This document shows, piece after piece, positions 59,072 to 64,000 of a stretch of 64,000 nt of DNA. This stretch comes from Nitrososphaeraceae archaeon (GTDB taxonomy: Archaea; Thermoproteota; Nitrososphaeria; Nitrososphaerales; Nitrososphaeraceae). Where the stretch lies: contig DATIFZ010000067.1 in the NCBI GenBank assembly GCA_035454925.1, forward strand, positions 2,960-66,959, written 5' to 3'. Position numbers and translations under genes: made by a program. The notes beneath the pieces were generated by a model that had not been told where the DNA came from, did no database searches, and saw only the letters and a list, made by a program, of their open reading frames with translations. Each line of letters starts with the position of its first letter. The first letter of the stretch is position 1.

Positions 59072-59986
59072 TTAATTGATATACGTTAACCATTTCTCAA
59101 ATTTTTCATTCTTGCCGTGGACTATTTGATTGTAAACATCCTGCAGCCGCGTTGCTATTTTCCCAGTTTTTCCATCAGCAATTTTAATATTGTCAATTTC
59201 ACCTATTGATTTAATTCCAGCTGCTGTTCCAGTTAGGAAGACCTCATCTGCGTTATACAATTCATCACGAGATATGTCGCTGATTTGGAAGTCAATGCCC
59301 AAATCTTCTGCAATTTCCAGTACGCTGGATCTTGTAATCCCGTCCAATGCACCTGATGTTAATGGTGGTGTTACCAGGATTTTATTTTTTACCATAAAAA
59401 TATTTTCGGCAGTTCCTTCTACAACCATACCCCTCATATTCAACATTATCGCCTCATCTGCTCCTGATTTTATTGCTTCTATCCGTGCTAATGCCGAATT
59501 TGCATAATTTGCCGCGGCCTTCGCATGAATAGGTAAACTTCTGGAATCTATTCTGATCCACGATGAAACGATAACTCTTATTCCTGCGTTGTTTTTTGTT
59601 TTTATATGATCTTCCCAGTCCCATATAGCGACGGATGTTGATACTTTATTGGGTAAGGGATTTACTCCCATCTTTCCATATCCATAGTAACAAATGGGTC
59701 GTATATAACAATCCTTTACACCATTTATTTTTATAGTTTGGATAATAGCCTCTCTAATCTCTTTCTCCGAAAATTCCAAATTCATATGATACATTTTGCA
59801 ACTATTCGTTAGTCTCTTGAGATGTTCTTCTAGTCGAAAAATTGCAGGACCTTTCTTTGTGTGGTAACAACGGATTCCTTCGAATACGGACGTTCCATAG
59901 TGCAATGCATGAGTTAGAACATGTATTTTTGCATTATTCCAACTAACAAATTTACCATCCATCCAAATCTTATTTTTATCATTCAT
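59072..59986 (-). CDS. ilvE: branched-chain amino acid aminotransferase (fold type IV)
   Basis: IWMDGKFVSW..AKIHVLTHALHYGTSVFEGIRCY, EGTAENIF, and typical length. Confidence 0.9.
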   Translation of the reverse strand: MNDKNKIWMDGKFVSWNNAKIHVLTHALHYGTSVFEGIRCYHTKKGPAIFRLEEHLKRLTNSCKMYHMNLEFSEKEIREAIIQTIKINGVKDCYIRPICYYGYGKMGVNPLPNKVSTSVAIWDWEDHIKTKNNAGIRVIVSSWIRIDSRSLPIHAKAAANYANSALARIEAIKSGADEAIMLNMRGMVVEGTAENIFMVKNKILVTPPLTSGALDGITRSSVLEIAEDLGIDFQISDISRDELYNADEVFLTGTAAGIKSIGEIDNIKIADGKTGKIATRLQDVYNQIVHGKNEKFEKWLTYIN

Positions 59987-61407
59987 TAAAATTCATCTCT
60001 ATCAATTCTGTTTCTCTTATCATGAATTGCCCTGATTGCATCTGCGACCTTAGTATCGTCTACAATAATCAGTATACGAGAAGTTTCCTCTTGGGCGTCC
60101 AAATTCAATATATTAATTCCATGTTCTCCAACCGTGCTGCTTGTAGTAGAGGCAATTTTGGGCTTTTTCCACATATTATCTCCAATTAAAGTAACAACAC
60201 CTCTATCATATACTATTTCGGTCTTAGAATAGTATGCCCTAAAATGATGTTCGTTACGACGAACGTAGTCTCCATCAAGAAATAAGATTCGAGTGATTTC
60301 AATTCCTTCTTTCTTATAGGGAGATAATTTAAGAAAGTCATGATATTGCTTATCACTTTCAAGTGATGCCAATAGGTGTGATGCTGCAATACTTTCCATA
60401 CGAACTATGGCACAGTTTCTCTTACCAGTAACAATCTTAACAAGGTTACCTGCTTGATCGGCGGAGGTTTTTGATATTGTTGTTGTGTTAGATGGATTAT
60501 TCATATTAGTGATTACAATTGGTATATCCATATTGTTATTGTCGATTTCCTTAATTGCCAGAGGATCGAGAATCTTCATACCAAACATGCCAGCCAATCT
60601 TGCCTCATTATAAGACAAAAATTTGATATTGTCTAACTCCTTTTTTACTATTTTTGGATCTGCACTCAATACAGCATTGTCTTTTTCAAAATCCAATTCT
60701 GCCTTGTAATTTTCGTTCAACAATATGGCAACATCAGCAGCGGATCTATCAGAACCTCCTCTCTCATAAGTTGTTTCTAATCCGTCGATAGTTTTACCTA
60801 TGAAACCCCCTATAGTTACTACATTATTTTTTTCAATTAATTGATAGAAATGCTCAGATCTTGCCCTAGATTCATCTATCAAAAAATTAGCAGCTTCAAA
60901 ATTATCATCCGTTATTATTGGCCATCGTTCTAATTCTACATGAGCCGACCTAATGTTCTTACTTTTTAAAACATAGTCCATTAAATATGACATAGGTATC
61001 TCGCCGCTATATGCGAGAGTTCTTGATCTAGTAACATCAACAAATCTGCGATTTTCTGCCGCTTGTTTGAGAGATACAATTACTTCTTTGTGAAACTTAT
61101 TGATTTCATCAGAAAATTTTTTGTGATACTCCTCAGTAAGGTTACTTGATGCAATGTTTTCATACACATCGCGTAGTACATCAATTTCAATTGGATTGGA
61201 TTGTGCATAATTCTTTCCAATGTGAATTGCTATATCCGTCATTGAGCTTAGTTTGTCTCTGTATCTAATTAGGGGTGCAGAAAAAACGGCAACCACTTTA
61301 CTTCGCTTTTTTATCTTTTCGTTTATTCTCTCGATTATTTTGTCGATGCACGCACCATCCTCTCCTAGGGTGCTACCTCCAAACTTCATTATTGTAACCG
61401 GTCCCAA
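59986..61407 (-). CDS. aspartate kinase (AAK domain + ACT domains)
   Basis: MKFGGSTLG, ERGGSDRSAADVA, C-terminal ACT-like VTLIGDNM...INILNL. The stop overlaps the ilvE start (TAATG). Confidence 0.85.
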   Translation of the reverse strand: MGPVTIMKFGGSTLGEDGACIDKIIERINEKIKKRSKVVAVFSAPLIRYRDKLSSMTDIAIHIGKNYAQSNPIEIDVLRDVYENIASSNLTEEYHKKFSDEINKFHKEVIVSLKQAAENRRFVDVTRSRTLAYSGEIPMSYLMDYVLKSKNIRSAHVELERWPIITDDNFEAANFLIDESRARSEHFYQLIEKNNVVTIGGFIGKTIDGLETTYERGGSDRSAADVAILLNENYKAELDFEKDNAVLSADPKIVKKELDNIKFLSYNEARLAGMFGMKILDPLAIKEIDNNNMDIPIVITNMNNPSNTTTISKTSADQAGNLVKIVTGKRNCAIVRMESIAASHLLASLESDKQYHDFLKLSPYKKEGIEITRILFLDGDYVRRNEHHFRAYYSKTEIVYDRGVVTLIGDNMWKKPKIASTTSSTVGEHGINILNLDAQEETSRILIIVDDTKVADAIRAIHDKRNRIDRDEF

Positions 61408-61555
61408 CTAATTATCTTGAAAATGGAATAATCTATACCTTATATTAGGCAACCTGTTTGTCGATTTGTCTAATGATCAATTGATGATTGTCATCTTATC
61501 CTTTTAGGAGATCACAAACTACTAGGGATCAAATAATCGCAGATATTAATGAGCA

Positions 61556-62503
61556 ATGGACACAAACAAAATCTTTGTAAATAAGGTTGTACAAATATTT
61601 GAAGTGAATAATTCCAACTCCGTCAAGTTATCTATATTTTTCACTTTCACCCTCATTTTCATCTCCAGTTTCTTACATCAGACTTCCTTTTCTTCTCTAT
61701 CTGACGGTACCACTAGACCACAGTATCTGTACGACAACGCGAATTTAATAAATAACAAATACAGATCGTTGATCGATGGATATCTTCGTAATTTGGACAA
61801 GCAAACCTCCGCAGAAATAGTAATATACACTATTCCAAGTTTTGTTGGTCACGGAATAAAAAAAGACGGAGTAGAAATCAATGATAGGGACACTCTTGCA
61901 AATTATTTGTTTAATGAAGTTACTTTAGATGGATTGAAAGGGATCGGGAAAAAAGGGAAGGATAACGGTGTTCTGATCCTATTTTCCTCTGAACGTGATG
62001 CGGCTGGAGGGTCAATGAGAATAGAGGTTGGTAGAGGACTGGAGGGAAATATTACCGATGGGACTGCAGGCGCAATCTTAGACTCTTATCTTGTTCCAGC
62101 AAGACAAGATTATGAAGCAACACGAGATCTCGAAGTTCTTGATAAAGCATTCCTAACTACAGTGATAGCACTTGGAGAGAAGATTGGATATAATAGCGAG
62201 GATCAGATATATCGAGAATATGAACCTAGCTCAGAGGCAGACACTTGGCAGGTCTTGATACCATTCATAATGGTTATTTGCTTTATTGGTCTGTCAATCT
62301 ATTTAGGTAGAAAACGCAGAGGAAGGGGCTTTGGTCTAGGAGGACGAGGCAGAGGTGGATTAGGCGGCAGCGGATTTGGTCTGGGAGGAATTCTGGGAGG
62401 CGGACTAGGTTGGTCAAGTGGCGGAGGTTCAGCAGGAGGTTACATCGGTAGAGGTTGGGGTGGCGGAGGCGGCAGTTCCGGAGGAGGTGGCGCAGGGAGA
62501 TAA
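61556..62503 (+). CDS. TPM-domain (TLP18.3/Psb32/YgcG-like) membrane protein with Gly-rich tail
   Basis: N-terminal anchor, TSAEIVIYTIPS, MRIEVGRGLEGNITDG, a TM helix, then the GRGFGLGGRGRGGLGG... tail. Confidence 0.8.
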   Translation: MDTNKIFVNKVVQIFEVNNSNSVKLSIFFTFTLIFISSFLHQTSFSSLSDGTTRPQYLYDNANLINNKYRSLIDGYLRNLDKQTSAEIVIYTIPSFVGHGIKKDGVEINDRDTLANYLFNEVTLDGLKGIGKKGKDNGVLILFSSERDAAGGSMRIEVGRGLEGNITDGTAGAILDSYLVPARQDYEATRDLEVLDKAFLTTVIALGEKIGYNSEDQIYREYEPSSEADTWQVLIPFIMVICFIGLSIYLGRKRRGRGFGLGGRGRGGLGGSGFGLGGILGGGLGWSSGGGSAGGYIGRGWGGGGGSSGGGGAGR

Positions 62504-62588
62504 CAATCACGCTTTTTGATTTGGCAAATGAGACAATGCAGAGTTTAATAAGGTCCTATGAATTGAAAGAAAGTAATAGTGAAATGAT

Positions 62589-63200
62589 TTGAGAACTGGA
62601 CTAAAAGTTGGTATCGGAATTGTAGCACTAGTGATTATAGTACTTGCAAGTCTCTATTCTATGTATATATCAGGATATAATGGCGTACAGGCAAAAGATG
62701 AATCTGTAAAGAAAAGAGCTGCAGATGTAGACACCCAACTACAAAGGAGATATGACCTAATACCCAATTTGGTATCGTCAGTCAAGGGCTATATGCAGTT
62801 TGAACGTCAAACATTAGAGGATATTACTGAGCTTAGATCACAGTGGATGAAAACACCAGATACGGCCCAACGCGTTAACCTAAGCAATCAACTTGAAGCT
62901 ACTCTGAGCAAGATCATTGCAACTTATGAGGCATATCCTGAGCTAAAATCGGACAGTACGGTAACAAGATTAATGGACGAATTGGCTGGTACCGAAAATA
63001 GAATTTCTGTTAGCAGGACAGCATACAATGATGGTGTACGAGATTATAATCTTCATATTCGAACATTTCCAAATAATGTGTTCAATGAAAATGGCTTTCT
63101 TGGTGCAAAAGCTTGGGGGTATAAACAATATCCTCAGTATGAAGCCACGCTTCTGGCCAGAACCGTCGTTCCTCAGGTCAACTTAACTTTAACTGGTTAG
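62589..63200 (+). CDS. LemA-family protein
   Basis: N-terminal TM, DVDTQLQRRYDLIPNLV, YPELKSD, ENRISVSRTAYND, IRTFPNNVF. Confidence 0.9.
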   Translation: MRTGLKVGIGIVALVIIVLASLYSMYISGYNGVQAKDESVKKRAADVDTQLQRRYDLIPNLVSSVKGYMQFERQTLEDITELRSQWMKTPDTAQRVNLSNQLEATLSKIIATYEAYPELKSDSTVTRLMDELAGTENRISVSRTAYNDGVRDYNLHIRTFPNNVFNENGFLGAKAWGYKQYPQYEATLLARTVVPQVNLTLTG

Positions 63201-63419
63201 CTGATTGATAAAAGTAACCAGAGAAATTTTTTTTACCCTTTAATAGTAAAGATTGCATTTGAAGTGGAATATGTCGCTTAACCATTCACTCGTCAATTTA
63301 TGAGATGCCTGGAATTTCATCATTATAGTCTCACACCTATTATTTTAGAGATTTGTAACTTGATGTGAGATTAGATGAATTTCAAGGATTCCATATTAAC
63401 CTTAAAATAGTTGTGGTTA

Positions 63420-64000
63420 ATGACTAAACATGAAATGATGCGAAAATGTATGCTTATGTTTTCTTTCATTTATATTTCATATGTGGTAGTCTTAGGAAAT
63501 TCCCAAATGTATCAAATTCAAGTTTTGGGCCAAGTTATTGATACTCCTGCAGCAGATCAAGCCTCATCTGGTTCTAATATGACCTTACCAAATCTGTTTT
63601 CAGCAGCGTCTAAGTCTGTGGTTCAGGTTACTATTTTAGATCCCCGAACAAACAGTCAAGAGGGGCTAGGTTCAGGGTTTGTTTATGATTCGGCGGGAAA
63701 TATTGTTACAAATAACCATGTTGTAGCCTTTAATAGGGGTGAAAGTGAATTTATCGTGACATTCCTGAATGGAAATGCATATCAAGCAACATTGGTAGGG
63801 AATGATCCGTTTAGTGACCTAGCTGTTCTGAAGTTGATAAATCCAAAGGCGAGCGATGTACACCCATTAACTCTAAGTAATTCTTTACCACTTGTCGGCG
63901 ACGCAGCAATCGCGATAGGAAATCCATTTGGATTATCGGGTTCTTTAACGGTAGGTGTAATAAGCGCTGTTGGTAGGCTGCTTCCTTCTTCTGAAGGTGA
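63420..64000 (+). CDS. HtrA/DegP-family trypsin-like serine protease (3' partial, runs off the window)
   Basis: Hand translation from ATG 63420 shows a signal/anchor, then SVVQVT..GLGSGFVYDSAGNIVTNNHVV (catalytic His), DLAVLKL (Asp) and AIGNPFGL. Absent from the ORF track because no stop lies in the window. Confidence 0.85.
   Translation, partial: MTKHEMMRKCMLMFSFIYISYVVVLGNSQMYQIQVLGQVIDTPAADQASSGSNMTLPNLFSAASKSVVQVTILDPRTNSQEGLGSGFVYDSAGNIVTNNHVVAFNRGESEFIVTFLNGNAYQATLVGNDPFSDLAVLKLINPKASDVHPLTLSNSLPLVGDAAIAIGNPFGLSGSLTVGVISAVGRLLPSSEG

Overview
This is an AT-rich (about one-third G+C by eye), densely coding archaeal chromosomal segment. The gene content includes a thermosome, TFE, aIF6, eS19, RNase P Rpp21, Nep1, Csl4, deoxyhypusine synthase, ArcTGT, an ESCRT-III/CdvB-like protein, an ArfA-type riboflavin pathway, heme O synthase, cupredoxin-like and NHL proteins, and a B12-dependent RNR. 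I infer from this an aerobic Nitrososphaerota/Thaumarchaeota (ammonia-oxidiser-like) genome. About 60 protein genes are supportable. I recognised no tRNA, rRNA or CRISPR array. All identifications rest on motif recognition in the supplied translations; no searches were run. Four regions deserve a second look. (1) At 51.1-56.1 kb, a wHTH + ATP-cone + degenerate class III RNR (NrdD-like) protein has no glycyl-radical tail and sits 71 nt upstream of nrdJ; it is a candidate nucleotide-sensing regulator derived from an enzyme. (2) At 38.8-41.4 kb, a ThrC-type PLP enzyme lies 14 nt upstream of a single polypeptide that fuses a MoaD/ThiS-like ubiquitin fold (internal ...AVAGG), a ThiF/MoeB E1 domain and a C-terminal TBP-repeat-like domain. 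(3) At 4.9-9.4 kb, a six-gene riboflavin operon carries a COG0402-type amidohydrolase that overlaps arfA and arfC by 10 nt on each side; it is a candidate for a missing or non-orthologous pathway step. (4) At 30.9-38.1 kb, a decayed accessory island holds an integrase remnant, pseudogenes, small zinc-ribbon and secreted proteins, and a cluster of GGTGGGA inverted repeats. The rest is ordinary housekeeping.
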